Assembly: GCA_030692925.1 (NCBI GenBank)
Contig: JAUYBY010000101.1
Span: 3,663 to 67,662 of the forward strand
Direction: 5' to 3'
Length of the DNA: 64,000 nucleotides
Source of the DNA: Candidatus Zixiibacteriota bacterium
GTDB taxonomy: Bacteria; Zixibacteria; MSB-5A5; RBG-16-43-9
Shown here: positions 1 through 10,770 of the stretch, one piece after another
Layout: the number at the start of each line of letters is the position of its first letter
How positions within the stretch are numbered: position 1 is the first letter of the stretch
The notes under the pieces: model-generated
What the model was told of the DNA's origin: nothing
Seen by the model: the letters and a program-made list of their open reading frames with translations, nothing else
Databases searched by the model: none
Made by a program: the position numbers and the translations under genes

Positions 1-57
1 TAAGTCGCACCCGGCCCTGCCCTTTGAGCTCAGCTCGAAAATCAGTTTCTGACTCAT
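1..57 (-). CDS. gcvPB: Glycine dehydrogenase subunit 2, 5' end only (runs off the window)
   Basis: Manual translation MSQKLIFELSSKGRAGCDL resembles the GcvPB N-terminus; AAGGAG RBS upstream; lies downstream of gcvH-gcvPA. Confidence 0.75.
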   Translation of the reverse strand, partial: MSQKLIFELSSKGRAGCDL

Positions 58-160
58 CCATACTCCTTACTAACTTTGACAACTCATGGTCCCTAATCTT
101 TCTTCTAATTGAAGACAAAGCCCTTACCTTTCCACTTGACTATGCTTTTTCCTTTGGTCC

Positions 161-1045
161 TTATTTTTTCTCAGTTCCTTTTCCTTCTAAGCCATCAATC
201 CTTTTCTGAACCCAGTCTTTTTCACCCGGGTCTAAAGTCGGATGGTCTTTCAGAAACTGTTTGTACAGTGAGAGAGCCTTGGTCGTATCTGCCATCTTCT
301 CATAAGAATAAGGGATATATTCTTCTGCATCCAAAGCCACTTTGCTTTTTGGAAACTCCTTCACGACCCTCTGGTAAGCTTCGATCGCCTTATCGAACTG
401 CTTTACGTTTCTACCCATATACAGAAGCCCGATGTTAAACAAAGCTTTTGAAGCCTTTTCGGTTTTGTCAGTGGGATCCAGAGAAACAACCTTGTTAAAA
501 CAGGTTACCGCCTGGTCAAATGACCTGCGCTCCTGATATTTTTCACCTAACTTTAACCAGAGCTCTACGTCGTTGGGATTTTGTTTCACCTTGCTCTCAT
601 AATCAGCTAAGGTCCCCTCACCTTTAAGGTATCCTTTAATATATTTGATGAATTCGCCTGAAGTGGCATACCCTACGACCCGATCTATCTCCTCACCTGA
701 AGAGTTAGCCAGAATAACTGTAGGATAACCGTTCACTTTATACCTTTCAGCTAAAGCCGTATCTTTTTCTGCATTGGCTTTGAAGAAGACATAATCCATA
801 GAAAACCGTATCATACTGGTATCGGTAAAGGTGGAATCATCCATCTTTTTACACCACTTGCACCAGTCAGTATAAAAGTCCAAGATCAAATTATTGTTAT
901 TGGACTTGGCTATCTTGGATGCCTCATCAAAATTAGCCACCCAGTTAATCGCTTTGGGGATCTTCTTTGCACAGCTGAAGAAATAAAATGAGATAAAAAG
1001 AATTGAAAATAAAGTAAACCAGTGAGAAATTTCTCTTTTAAACAT
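161..1045 (-). CDS. Thioredoxin-like (WCKWC) plus TPR lipoprotein
   Basis: Hydrophobic signal with FFSC lipobox, DFYTDWCKWC, GYPT cis-Pro motif, C-terminal TPR repeats. Confidence 0.85.
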   Translation of the reverse strand: MFKREISHWFTLFSILFISFYFFSCAKKIPKAINWVANFDEASKIAKSNNNNLILDFYTDWCKWCKKMDDSTFTDTSMIRFSMDYVFFKANAEKDTALAERYKVNGYPTVILANSSGEEIDRVVGYATSGEFIKYIKGYLKGEGTLADYESKVKQNPNDVELWLKLGEKYQERRSFDQAVTCFNKVVSLDPTDKTEKASKALFNIGLLYMGRNVKQFDKAIEAYQRVVKEFPKSKVALDAEEYIPYSYEKMADTTKALSLYKQFLKDHPTLDPGEKDWVQKRIDGLEGKGTEKK

Positions 1046-1147
1046 CCAAACCTCCTCTTTAGTTAAAGTTGTAGCTCAACCCTTTCAGGGTCGCAGTTTT
1101 GTAGGCGAGGCTAATCCCCTCAGCGGACGCACTACGTTTTAACATTC

Positions 1148-1486
1148 CTATAGGTTTCCAACGGTTTGCTCTTTAATGGCTAAGCTTTCCTCGTATTTAT
1201 CCTCCGGCACATACAACCTGTATCCGGGCTGGTCCTTAACCATGTATCCCAGACCACCCTCCAAAAAACTCCCGGTGTAGCTTAAGAAGCAGGGGATATT
1301 GCTATCCTCTAAAGTCTCCTTTAAGAACTCCGCCAGCACCCGGTTAGGAGTGGTGTAAAGCAGAACTAAATTTTTCTCCTCTTCTTCCTGCTCCTCAGGC
1401 AGCTCGTCAACTAAGTCTGCCTCACACTCGGAACATCTCTTGGTGCCGGGAGGATATTCGGTATTGCATAATGGACAGAATGGCAT
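1148..1486 (-). CDS. Zn-ribbon plus DUF2007-like putative signal-transducing protein
   Basis: MPFCPLC...CSEC N-terminus, then AEFLKETLEDSNIPC...LYVPE pattern. Confidence 0.75.
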   Translation of the reverse strand: MPFCPLCNTEYPPGTKRCSECEADLVDELPEEQEEEEKNLVLLYTTPNRVLAEFLKETLEDSNIPCFLSYTGSFLEGGLGYMVKDQPGYRLYVPEDKYEESLAIKEQTVGNL

Positions 1487-1522
1487 AGACTTTTCGATTT
1501 TTTAAACCTGTTACCTTTTTAT

Positions 1523-1894
1523 TTACAAATTATCTACAATTTGCTCCTTGATTTCGCAACTTTTTTCAAAATCCTCTTCTCTCACAAAGATGCTGACGTC
1601 TGTAAGGGATTGAGGCACCAGAGCTGGTATTAGTCCCATTGATTCCCTCTTGATCAAACAGGGAATCCCGTTCCTCTTCAAAGTCTCTTTTAAAAAGTTA
1701 GCATAAATTAAGTTCCTGCTGACATATAGCAGTTTCAGTTTGGGCTCAATTAAAGCTTTTTCTTCCGATATCTCCAGAGTCGCAACCTTTTTTCTTTTCT
1801 TCTGTTTAAGCTCCGCTACCAGTTTTTTGCCGCAATCCGGACATATCTCTATCGTCGGTTTATATTCATATCTGCATTTAGGACAATACGGCAT
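1523..1894 (-). CDS. Zn-ribbon plus DUF2007-like protein (tandem paralogue of 1148-1486)
   Basis: MPYCPKC...CPDC, ANFLKETLKRNGIPC; C-terminus IKEQIVDNL matches the neighbour's IKEQTVGNL. Confidence 0.75.
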   Translation of the reverse strand: MPYCPKCRYEYKPTIEICPDCGKKLVAELKQKKRKKVATLEISEEKALIEPKLKLLYVSRNLIYANFLKETLKRNGIPCLIKRESMGLIPALVPQSLTDVSIFVREEDFEKSCEIKEQIVDNL

Positions 1895-1901
1895 CGATGC
1901 C

Positions 1902-3245
1902 TCATTTGACTATTCCTCTGAGACTTTCTACCAGATAGTCTATCTCCTGTCTGGTTCTCTTTTCAGCAACTGAGATCAGAAGACTGTTTTTGAGTTTTCT
2001 GTCGAACCGGGAAAGGTCGATCCCTGCCAGGATATTTTTCTTCAGAAGTAGTTTTACGACCCTGGAAGCAGGAAATGGAGTTTCCACCACAAACTCCTTG
2101 AAAAACTGCCCTGGGAACTGAAGTTTGAAACCGCCGATCTTGGAAATCTGCTCTGCCGCATAGTGGCTTTTCTGCAGACACAGTTCTGCTACTTTTCTTA
2201 AACCATTTTTGCCTAAAAGAGACAAGTATACCGTAGCGGCTAAGGCACACAGGGCTTCATTCGTGCAGATATTTGAGGTAGCCTTCTCCCGGCGGATATG
2301 CTGTTCCCTGGTCTGCAAAACCAGGACAAAACCTCTTCTTCCTTTAGAATCGACTGTTTCCCCCACAATCCTTCCCGGCATTTTGCGGATGAGACTCTGT
2401 TTGCAGGCGAAGAAACCCAAGAATGGTCCTCCGAAATTAAGGCTGTTCCCTAAAGGCTGACCTTCACCCACTGCGATGTCTGCTCCGTACTCCCCCGGAG
2501 TTTTTAAAATAGCCAGAGAGATAGGGTCACAAACCATAATCAACAAAGCCCCTACAGAATGGACTTTTTTCTCGATCTCCTCTACATTCTCTATCAACCC
2601 ATAGAAATTGGGCGATTGCACGATATAACTAGCGGTCTTAGAGGAAATTTTTGACTCTAAAGACCCGGCCTCCGTTACCCCATCCTTTAGCTCGATCTTC
2701 CTGATTTTTATACCGCCTCTTTCACAATAGGTGCAGAGAACCCTGTAATAATTTGGATTCAGCGAATGCGAGACCAGGATCTCGTTTCTGCCGGTTTCAG
2801 CCAGAGACATGAGAGCCGCCTCAGCCACTGCTGATGCCCCGTCATACATCGATGCGTTGGAAACCTCCATTTCAGTGAGCTGGCAGATAAGAGTCTGGTA
2901 TTCATAAATGCTCTGCAATGTTCCCTGGCTCACCTCTGGCTGATAAGGGGTATAGGCGGTATAAAACTCTGATCTTAGAAGTATGTGGTTCACTACGCTA
3001 GGAATGAAATGGTCATACGCACCCCCGCCTAAAAAACTGATCAGCTTGTCTGTGCCTTTGTTCTTCTCTGATATGTTTTGAAGTAGTTGAACAAGCTCCA
3101 GTTCGGAGATTCCTTTTGGCAGTTTAAGCTCACCCCTTAATCTAATAGACTCCGGCACAGCCTTCAGTAAATCCTGAAATGCTCTGACCCCTATTTTCTC
3201 CAGCATAAGCTTTTGATCATCTTCTGTATTAGGAATATAACCCAT
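1902..3245 (-). CDS. gcvPA: Glycine dehydrogenase (decarboxylating) subunit 1
   Basis: YTAYTPYQPEVSQG, NASMYDGASA, REQHIRREKATSNICTN. Confidence 0.97.
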   Translation of the reverse strand: MGYIPNTEDDQKLMLEKIGVRAFQDLLKAVPESIRLRGELKLPKGISELELVQLLQNISEKNKGTDKLISFLGGGAYDHFIPSVVNHILLRSEFYTAYTPYQPEVSQGTLQSIYEYQTLICQLTEMEVSNASMYDGASAVAEAALMSLAETGRNEILVSHSLNPNYYRVLCTYCERGGIKIRKIELKDGVTEAGSLESKISSKTASYIVQSPNFYGLIENVEEIEKKVHSVGALLIMVCDPISLAILKTPGEYGADIAVGEGQPLGNSLNFGGPFLGFFACKQSLIRKMPGRIVGETVDSKGRRGFVLVLQTREQHIRREKATSNICTNEALCALAATVYLSLLGKNGLRKVAELCLQKSHYAAEQISKIGGFKLQFPGQFFKEFVVETPFPASRVVKLLLKKNILAGIDLSRFDRKLKNSLLISVAEKRTRQEIDYLVESLRGIVK

Positions 3246-3307
3246 AGGTTTTCTTTTAACTCTTAAGTTATGACCTCAATTTTTTTATTGAAAACAGATG
3301 AGAATAT

Positions 3308-3691
3308 CTATTTCTGTTCTAGCAGTTTTTTATAATCCTCTGCTGAAAGAAGCTTATTGACCTCTGACTGATCCTTGACCTTCACCTTGATAATCCAGCC
3401 TTCGCCGTAAGGGTCCTTATTGATCAACCCCGCCTCTGACTCAAGTTTTGAATTCACTTCCACCACTTCACCTGTTACCGGGGAGAAAAGCTCTGATACG
3501 GCTTTGACTGCCTCGATCACGCCAAAAGATTTCATCTGTTCAACTTTTGTTCCCACCTTGGGCAGCTCCACAAAGACTATATCTCCCAATTCACCCTGAG
3601 CATAATCGGTAATGCCCATGGCGGCGATATCTTTTTCCAATTTTACCCATTCATGCTCCTTGGTATACCTCAGGTCGTCTTTTATAATCAA
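3308..3691 (-). CDS. gcvH: Glycine cleavage system H protein
   Basis: YTKEHEW, GITDYAQ, lipoyl motif EAVKAVS, DPYGEGW. Confidence 0.97.
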   Translation of the reverse strand: MIIKDDLRYTKEHEWVKLEKDIAAMGITDYAQGELGDIVFVELPKVGTKVEQMKSFGVIEAVKAVSELFSPVTGEVVEVNSKLESEAGLINKDPYGEGWIIKVKVKDQSEVNKLLSAEDYKKLLEQK

Positions 3692-3712
3692 CTTTCCCTC
3701 CTGCTTGAGAAA

Positions 3713-5080
3713 TTAAACGGATATTTTTTCTTTTGAAGTTTCCTTAAACAAGCACTCCACAAAAGATGTGTCATATTCCCCGCTTATAAAATTTGGATTG
3801 GAGAAGACTTTTTTATAAAATGGAATGGTCGTTTTAATTCCCTCCAGGATGAACTCATCTAAAGCTCTCCTCATTTTGAGGATGGACTCCTCCCGTGTAT
3901 CAGCCACCGAGATCAGCTTAGCCACCAGGGAATCGTAATATGGCGGCATCTCATATCCGGCATAAGCATGAGTATCTACCCTGATACCATGCCCGCCTGG
4001 TACATGAAAGCTTTTGATCAAGCCGGGACTGGGCATAAAATCTTTTTCCGGATCTTCCGCATTGATCCGGCACTCGATGGCATGACCTTTAAGGGTTATT
4101 TCGTCTTGAGTCCGGGAAAGCTTCTCACCAGCCGCTATTTTGATCTGTTCTTTTAACAGGTCGATCCCGGTTACCTCTTCAGTTACCGGATGCTCCACCT
4201 GAATCCGGGTATTCATCTCCATAAAATAAAAATTGCCGTTTTTATCTAAAAGAAACTCGATCGTGCCGACGCTCTCGTAACCTATGCGGGAAGCACCCAC
4301 CACTGCCACCCTTCCCATCTCGACTCTTAAGGACGTAGTCAGAGCCGGCGAAGGGGACTCCTCGATCAGCTTCTGATGTCTTCTCTGGATGGTACAGTCC
4401 CTCTCCCCTAAGTGAATCAGATTGCCCTGACTATCACCCATAATCTGAAACTCGATATGCCTGGGATTTAAAATATACTTTTCTATATAGACTTCCGGAT
4501 TACCGAAAGCTGCCTCTGCCTCCATCTTTGCCATTTCATAACCCTTTTTTAGCTCCTCGTCATTCGTCGCTACCCTCATCCCCTTGCCTCCGCCACCTCC
4601 TGCAGCTTTAATCAATAGCGGGTATCCTATTTCAGAAGCCATTTGCTGAGCTTCCTCTATGCTTTTGACCACTCCTTCACTTCCTGGAATAACCGGAATC
4701 CCTGCTTCCTTCATCATTTGCTTGGCAACGGCTTTATCACCCATCAGTCTTATCATCTGTGAGGTAGGTCCGATGAATTTTATCTTACAGGACTCGCAGA
4801 TCTCGGCGAAATCAGCATTCTCGGCTAAAAAACCGTATCCCGGATGAATCGCTTCAGCATTGGTCACCTCAGCCGCGCTGATTATCCTTTTTGGATCCAG
4901 ATAGCTTTCCGTAGCTTTCGCCGGACCAATACAAACAGCCTCGTCTGCAAATCTGACATGCAAAGAGTTCACATCCGCATCCGAATGCACAGCCACAGCC
5001 GCGATACCCAGTTCCTTACATGCCCGGATAATCCTTAGGGCTATCTCCCCCCGATTAGCTATCAGTATTTTTTTGAACAA
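3713..5080 (-). CDS. accC: Acetyl-CoA carboxylase biotin carboxylase
   Basis: [43 protein letters not shown]. Confidence 0.97.
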   Translation of the reverse strand: MFKKILIANRGEIALRIIRACKELGIAAVAVHSDADVNSLHVRFADEAVCIGPAKATESYLDPKRIISAAEVTNAEAIHPGYGFLAENADFAEICESCKIKFIGPTSQMIRLMGDKAVAKQMMKEAGIPVIPGSEGVVKSIEEAQQMASEIGYPLLIKAAGGGGGKGMRVATNDEELKKGYEMAKMEAEAAFGNPEVYIEKYILNPRHIEFQIMGDSQGNLIHLGERDCTIQRRHQKLIEESPSPALTTSLRVEMGRVAVVGASRIGYESVGTIEFLLDKNGNFYFMEMNTRIQVEHPVTEEVTGIDLLKEQIKIAAGEKLSRTQDEITLKGHAIECRINAEDPEKDFMPSPGLIKSFHVPGGHGIRVDTHAYAGYEMPPYYDSLVAKLISVADTREESILKMRRALDEFILEGIKTTIPFYKKVFSNPNFISGEYDTSFVECLFKETSKEKISV

Positions 5081-5624
5081 ATATCTTCCTTTCCTGACAT
5101 TTATTCATGTAAATCATAGTTCCAAATTTATCTTTTTTACGATGAAATAGCAAGAGAAATTTAACCTTAGTTTAAGCAGGGATAATTGTACACCGGCAAA
5201 GAAATTTCCAAATCCGCACAGTCTATCTATTCTCTTTTCTTTTGTGAAGAGGGCGGGGAAAAATTATCCCCTCTCCTGTCAGGAGAGGGTCAGGGTGAGG
5301 TCTCTGTATAGAGACGCATCGCCATGCGTCTCTACAAGTTCTCATCCGGAAGCATCTTTGTCACCCGGAAAGGGTCGTGCTACGAAAGCTCGAGATATGT
5401 TATCATCCCGAAAAAAACGATAAAGATAAGACATCTTCTCGATCCGAAAAAGCACTTAAAAATCATTCACAGCTGACAGAACGGATTAAACGGATAAAAA
5501 ATCGATGATTCTCAGCTTAATCCTGTTAATCAGCTGTGAGGGATTTTAAAAAAATAGGGGCGTTCAATCCGAGGAACGAATCCGTAGGATCGAACGCCCC
5601 TATAGTTTAAATATGTAATTTTTT

Positions 5625-6749
5625 TTATTTTTTCTTCCGTCCCTGCTCGAACTCGTGCCAGCCTCTGTCTGCGGCTCCGGTTATTCCTTTGACCCTTAAC
5701 TCGAAATCGTCCGGGTTGGAGCACTGCTGCATAGCTTCCTCATAGGAGATGAACCCGTCTTTATAGAGCTGCATTATAGACTGGTCAAACGACTGCATCC
5801 CGTATTGAATATTCCCGCTTTCTATCAGCTCGATTATCAGAGGGGTTTTCATCGAGTCAATTATATATTCTCTGATAAGAGCAGTCGAAACCAGAACCTC
5901 GACTGCAGGGACTCTGCCCGGACCGTCTGAACGGGGAAGAAGCCTTTGACAGACAATGGCTTTCAGAGTGGCTGCTAAGAGCAGCCTGATCTGCTGATGC
6001 TGATGAGGAGGGAAAAATGAAATTATCCGGTTTATGGTTTCAATCGCATTTAAAGTATGCAGGGTAGTTAAAACCAGATGACCTGTATCTGCTGCGGTCA
6101 GGGCGATCGACATAGTTTCGAAATCCCTGATCTCTCCTACCAGGATCACGTCCGGATCCTGGCGAAGGGCATGTCTTAAAGCAGTTACAAAGCTCTCTGT
6201 ATCTCCCCCCACCTCTCTCTGACAGATTATGCTTTTGCGATCTTTATGGATATATTCCATCGGGTCTTCAATAGTGAGAATGTTCTCCGAACGGTTAGTA
6301 TTAATATGTTCAATCATAGATGCCAGGGTAGTTGATTTGCCACTCCCGGTTGTTCCGGTAAGGATAATCATCCCTCTACGGTTATTGGCTAACCCCATAC
6401 AAGCCTTGGGAAGGTTCAATTCTTCAAACGTCGGAACCAGGGTGTGCACAGTTCTCAGAGCGATCCCCACTGTTCCCCTCTGGCGATAGAAGTTAATCCT
6501 GAATCTTCCCATTTTGGAAATGCTTAAAGCTAAATCCAGTTCGTTTCTTTTTAAAAATCTTTCTTTCTGCTCCTCTGTCAGTATCTGCTTCATTACTTCA
6601 TCCATATCCGCCTGAGTCAAGACCTCAGCCTCTAACGAAATAAGCGCCCCATCCACTCTGATAGTGGGCTTTACGCCTACCCTGAGGTGCAAATCAGATG
6701 CTTTCTTGGCGAGAACCTCTGCCAGCATCTGTTTTAAATTCATCGCCAT
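5625..6749 (-). CDS. pilT: Type IV pilus retraction ATPase PilT/PilU family
   Basis: ASDLHL, GTTGSGKSTT, TIEDPME, LRQDPDVILVGEIRD, TGHLVLTTLH, GMQSFDQ. Confidence 0.9.
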   Translation of the reverse strand: MAMNLKQMLAEVLAKKASDLHLRVGVKPTIRVDGALISLEAEVLTQADMDEVMKQILTEEQKERFLKRNELDLALSISKMGRFRINFYRQRGTVGIALRTVHTLVPTFEELNLPKACMGLANNRRGMIILTGTTGSGKSTTLASMIEHINTNRSENILTIEDPMEYIHKDRKSIICQREVGGDTESFVTALRHALRQDPDVILVGEIRDFETMSIALTAADTGHLVLTTLHTLNAIETINRIISFFPPHQHQQIRLLLAATLKAIVCQRLLPRSDGPGRVPAVEVLVSTALIREYIIDSMKTPLIIELIESGNIQYGMQSFDQSIMQLYKDGFISYEEAMQQCSNPDDFELRVKGITGAADRGWHEFEQGRKKK

Positions 6750-6857
6750 TTTGACCTCCTCAATCTGATGCTACTTCATTCTCTATTTTCGGCTGAATTA
6801 GACTACAGCTTAATATCTTCCAGATTGATTCTTTTGTGGGAAAATAATCTGAGGAGT

Positions 6858-6945
6858 TGGAGTGTAAACCTTCAGGTTTACCGAGAAATCCGTGTCATTC
6901 TAACTAAGCTTTAAGGGAATGGTAAAACTAAAGTTTTACACTCCA
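6858..6945. repeat. GGAG-type REP-like composite palindrome
   Basis: TGGAGTGTAAACCTTCAGGTTTAC ... GTAAAACTAAAGTTTTACACTCCA; related copies at 12015-12092, 18830-18906, 19835-19897 and a partial copy near 7050-7091. Confidence 0.8.
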
Positions 6946-7105
6946 GATTCAGGGCGTAGGTCAACCATGTCCAGAGGACTGGTTGACGATTCAGTCAAAC
7001 ATAAGAAAAAATGGTGTCAGGAGATAACTCCTGACACCACAGAGAAAAAGGTAAAGCTAAAGTCACCAGGATCTTGAGACTTTACACTCCAAATTCTGGT
7101 AATTC

Positions 7106-7594
7106 TTACAAAGGCTCGATCAGGAAAAGGGTCTGTCCGAATTCGATTGGTTTTCCATTTTCTACCAGAATCTTGACTACCCTTCCAGCTACTTCAGATT
7201 CTATCTCATTCATCAGTTTCATCGCTTCAACGACGCAGACTACCTGTCCGGCGCTTATTATCTGCCCGATCTCTGCGTAGGGTTTAGCTCCGGGCGCTGG
7301 CGCCCGGTAGAAGGTTCCCACCATCGGGGACTTGATCGGGGTCAAGTTGCCTTCCGCCTCCTCCGGCTTGATAACTTCCACTGAAACTGATGCTGGCTCA
7401 TCTTTGACCGGTGTTGCGGCTACCCTTTCCGCTGGAGACGGCTGGTTCACAATTAAGTGCGACGAGCTGTGAGGATTCTGATGGTTTACCCTTCTTGTAA
7501 TCCTGATCTTTCTGCCCCAGGTAGTCACCTCCAGCTCATCAATGTTGCTTTCCTCTACTATCCTGATTAATTTTCTAATTTTCGACTCTAACAT
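7106..7594 (-). CDS. accB: Biotin carboxyl carrier protein
   Basis: SPMVGTFYRAP and the biotinylation motif VEAMKLMNEI. Confidence 0.97.
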   Translation of the reverse strand: MLESKIRKLIRIVEESNIDELEVTTWGRKIRITRRVNHQNPHSSSHLIVNQPSPAERVAATPVKDEPASVSVEVIKPEEAEGNLTPIKSPMVGTFYRAPAPGAKPYAEIGQIISAGQVVCVVEAMKLMNEIESEVAGRVVKILVENGKPIEFGQTLFLIEPL

Positions 7595-7689
7595 ATTTAC
7601 CCCTTTCTCAAAAGGGTTACTGTAAATTTATTGAGACTTTTACCTTTTATAGCTTTTCGGATTTCACTCCATCAAAAATTAGAGATATC

Positions 7690-8763
7690 TTAAGATATCT
7701 CTAATAGCTCTCTGTCTATATGTGTTAAAATCTTACAGCCATTTCTGGTTATGAGCACGTCATCCTCAATCCTCACTCCTCCCCATCCTGGAATATACAC
7801 ACCAGGCTCGATGGTTATGACCATACCGGGCTTGAGTACCTCCTGGCTTTTGGTATTTATTCCAGGTGAATCATGCACTAACAGCCCTATGCCGTGTCCC
7901 AATCCATGACCAAAATATTTCTGGTATCCGGCTTTTTTTATAATATCCCGTGCTTTTCGGTCTAATTCAAATCCTTTCATCCCGGAGCGAGCCTCTTCAA
8001 TGGCTCTGGTTTGAGCTTTTAGAACCAGGTTATAAATCTTTTTTTGCCTGGGAGTGGCATTTCCCAAAACTACTGTCCGGGTTATATCGCACACGTAACC
8101 ATCGTAAGAGGCACCAAAATCCAGGGTCACGAATTCCCCCTTTTTCAGTGTTTTAGAAGAAGCCCTGGCATGCGGCATGGCCGATCTTAAGCCAGAAGCA
8201 ACAATTGGCTCAAAAGCAGAGCCGGTTCCTCCATTCCTTTTGATTCTGTATTCAAGCTCCGCCGCAATGTCCGATTCTTTTGTCCCTGGTCTAAGGAATG
8301 GCAATATCTCCTGATAGGCTTTCGCGCTTATGTCTGCCGCCTTTGCAATCTTTTTTATCTCGTCTTCATCTTTGGTGACCAGTAAGGATTCAACCAGATT
8401 CTCAGTCGGCACCCAGAGGACCTGAGGCAAAAGTGTTTTGAGCCTTTGATATAATTGAAAGGTAAGATATTTCTCTTCAAATCCTGCTTTAATCCTTTTT
8501 CCTTTCAGCAGGTTGATCTCAGGAAGGAAGGAGAATAGCTCTTTCTGGGCAATTTTTATCTCTGCACCTTTGACTTCTTTTTTTACCTGTTCCTTATATC
8601 TGAAGTCAGTCAGGAAAACAGCTTTATCCTTGGATATCAGGAGGATTCCGTTAGAGCCGGTGAATCCGCAAAGATACCTTATATTGGGGAGAGAGGTTAC
8701 CAGCAGGAGGTCCAGGTTTTCCTGATTCAGTTTTTCCCTTATCCTTTCAATCCTTTCTTTCAC
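7690..8763 (-). CDS. Xaa-Pro aminopeptidase (M24B)
   Basis: Creatinase-like N-terminus, DFGA..DITRT, HGLGHGIG, TIEPG, GVRIEDD. Confidence 0.93.
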   Translation of the reverse strand: MKERIERIREKLNQENLDLLLVTSLPNIRYLCGFTGSNGILLISKDKAVFLTDFRYKEQVKKEVKGAEIKIAQKELFSFLPEINLLKGKRIKAGFEEKYLTFQLYQRLKTLLPQVLWVPTENLVESLLVTKDEDEIKKIAKAADISAKAYQEILPFLRPGTKESDIAAELEYRIKRNGGTGSAFEPIVASGLRSAMPHARASSKTLKKGEFVTLDFGASYDGYVCDITRTVVLGNATPRQKKIYNLVLKAQTRAIEEARSGMKGFELDRKARDIIKKAGYQKYFGHGLGHGIGLLVHDSPGINTKSQEVLKPGMVITIEPGVYIPGWGGVRIEDDVLITRNGCKILTHIDRELLEIS

Positions 8764-8772
8764 TTTAAGTTC

Positions 8773-8964
8773 TTACTCGCTTTTTAACTTTTTCTCCAAT
8801 TCCTCAACTTTTCTAGCTATCTCTATGTTAGCTGGATCTTTTGCAAGAATTCTTCTGTAGATCTCTAATCCTTCTTTATATCTTTTAGCCTGGATATAGA
8901 TCTCCGCCATCGTAGCGGTCTCTATATACTTCTTCTCTTCCAGACTTTTATCATCCTTCTCCAT
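8773..8964 (-). CDS. Small TPR-like protein
   Basis: TATMAEIYIQ...GLEIYRRILAKDP single TPR-like unit; same strand as and 9 bp from the peptidase gene. Confidence 0.65.
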   Translation of the reverse strand: MEKDDKSLEEKKYIETATMAEIYIQAKRYKEGLEIYRRILAKDPANIEIARKVEELEKKLKSE

Positions 8965-9092
8965 TTAAAGAAAAAAATAAGCCTAACTCGGAATCTGTTG
9001 CCTTTAATGTTTTTAGAATAACATCTGAGATTGAAGCTGTCAAGAAAAAAAAGAGAAAACAAGGATTCTTCTTTTCTACCGTAGGATTAACC

Positions 9093-9572
9093 CTAACTAC
9101 GAAATCTACTCACAATAGTTTGGATGATATTTCTGGTGGATTTCCCCTCAGTCATTTTTATGCTCAGGACTTTTCCGCCATGAGACTCTACTATATCTTT
9201 ACCCACGATGTCTTTTACTTTCCAATCCCCTCCTTTGGCTAAAATATCGGGGATCAATTTAGAGATCAGCTTCAACGGAGTTAGCTCATTAAAAATGCAG
9301 ACATAATCCACGAAATAGAGTGAAGCTAAAATTACGGCTCTATCTGCTTGACCCTGGATTGGTCTACCTTCTCCTTTTATTTTTTTGACTGAAGAGTCAC
9401 TATTTAATCCCACTATCAGGATATCCCCTAATTTTTTTGCTTTTTTGAGATACTCGATATGCCCCCGGTGCAGAAGGTCAAAGCATCCATTGGTGAAAAC
9501 CACTTTTTTATTTTCTTTCTTAGCTTTCTTTCTAATCTGAATTAGTTCTTGTAACTTGACTATCTTTCCCAT
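9093..9572 (-). CDS. rfaE2: D-glycero-beta-D-manno-heptose 1-phosphate adenylyltransferase
   Basis: VFTNGCFDLLHRGH, VGLNSDSSV, KGGDW. Confidence 0.93.
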   Translation of the reverse strand: MGKIVKLQELIQIRKKAKKENKKVVFTNGCFDLLHRGHIEYLKKAKKLGDILIVGLNSDSSVKKIKGEGRPIQGQADRAVILASLYFVDYVCIFNELTPLKLISKLIPDILAKGGDWKVKDIVGKDIVESHGGKVLSIKMTEGKSTRNIIQTIVSRFRS

Positions 9573-9763
9573 TGAATAAACCCTCTCTACCTTCTTTGAG
9601 CAGTACTCTGATGAACCTGACCTACAGAGCTGGTTCCGCCAGAGGCGGGATGCCTACGAAAATCAAATTGCTGATCCTCGTAGGTCGGGCACCTTGCCCG
9701 ACTTTTTTCCTCTACTTTTTCAGAATTTTCTTATGAAGAATTCATCAGAATCCAAACTAGATT

Positions 9764-10765
9764 TTACTCGGTATAATTTTTCAAATCCTGATATAATTTC
9801 TCTTTAGTCACCTGAGCAGTGCCTAACTCGCCCACCACTATCCCGGCAGCATGGTTGGAGATCAAAGCCGCCTCTTTTAAACTGGCTCCGGCAGAATAAG
9901 CGCTGGTGAAAGCTGAGATGACCGTGTCTCCAGCACCAGTGACATCATATACTTCTTTTGCCACTGTGGGGAAATTGGTAAGCATCCTGTTTTTTTCGAA
10001 AAGGGACATACCTTTTTCTCCCCGGGTAATCAATAAAGCCTCCGTTTCCAATTTTTCTAATAGTCCCCAGCCTACCTCCTCTAAACTTTTCTCATCTTTT
10101 ATCCTTTTGCCATAAGCAAAACCTGCCTCAGAATGATTCGGAGTAATAATCGATACCCTTTTGTAATTCATAAAATGAGTCTCTTTGGGGTCCACTGAGA
10201 TGAAAATGTTGTTCTCCCTGGCTAAGCTTATTACCTCATTCAAAAGCTTTAGACTGATCATCCCTTTACCATAATCGGAGATCAAGATCGCAGAGATTTT
10301 TTCTTCTTTTATTTTTATCTTAATGAAATCTACCAGGCGGAGAGTCAAATCTAAAGACAACTCCTCAGTGTTTTCCCGGTCAGCTCTCACCACCTGCTGA
10401 CTATGAGCGATGATCCTGGTCTTGGCTGTGGTCCTGCGAGCTGCGTCAACAAAAATCCCCTGGCTTGATATCTCAGCACCTGCAAGAAGCTCTTTTAGTT
10501 TTTCTCCATTTTTGTCATTTCCTACAATGCTGACCAGAAGCGGAATATCTCCTAAGGTCTTGACATTCAGAGCCACATTTGCCGCACCGCCTAATTTGAC
10601 AGATTCATCCATGACTTCTACTACCGGAACTGGCGCCTCGGGCGAGATCCGGGTTACGTTCCCCCAGATATACTCATCCAGCATCAGGTCGCCTAATATC
10701 AAAATCTTATGACCTCCTAAATTGGAGAAGATCTGCTGTAATCTTTGTGCAGGTATATTTTTCAT
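9764..10765 (-). CDS. rfaE1: D-glycero-beta-D-manno-heptose-7-phosphate kinase
   Basis: GDLMLDEY, RISPEAPVPVV, GGAANVA, DVTGAGDTV. Confidence 0.95.
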   Translation of the reverse strand: MKNIPAQRLQQIFSNLGGHKILILGDLMLDEYIWGNVTRISPEAPVPVVEVMDESVKLGGAANVALNVKTLGDIPLLVSIVGNDKNGEKLKELLAGAEISSQGIFVDAARRTTAKTRIIAHSQQVVRADRENTEELSLDLTLRLVDFIKIKIKEEKISAILISDYGKGMISLKLLNEVISLARENNIFISVDPKETHFMNYKRVSIITPNHSEAGFAYGKRIKDEKSLEEVGWGLLEKLETEALLITRGEKGMSLFEKNRMLTNFPTVAKEVYDVTGAGDTVISAFTSAYSAGASLKEAALISNHAAGIVVGELGTAQVTKEKLYQDLKNYTE

Positions 10766-10770
10766 ATATC

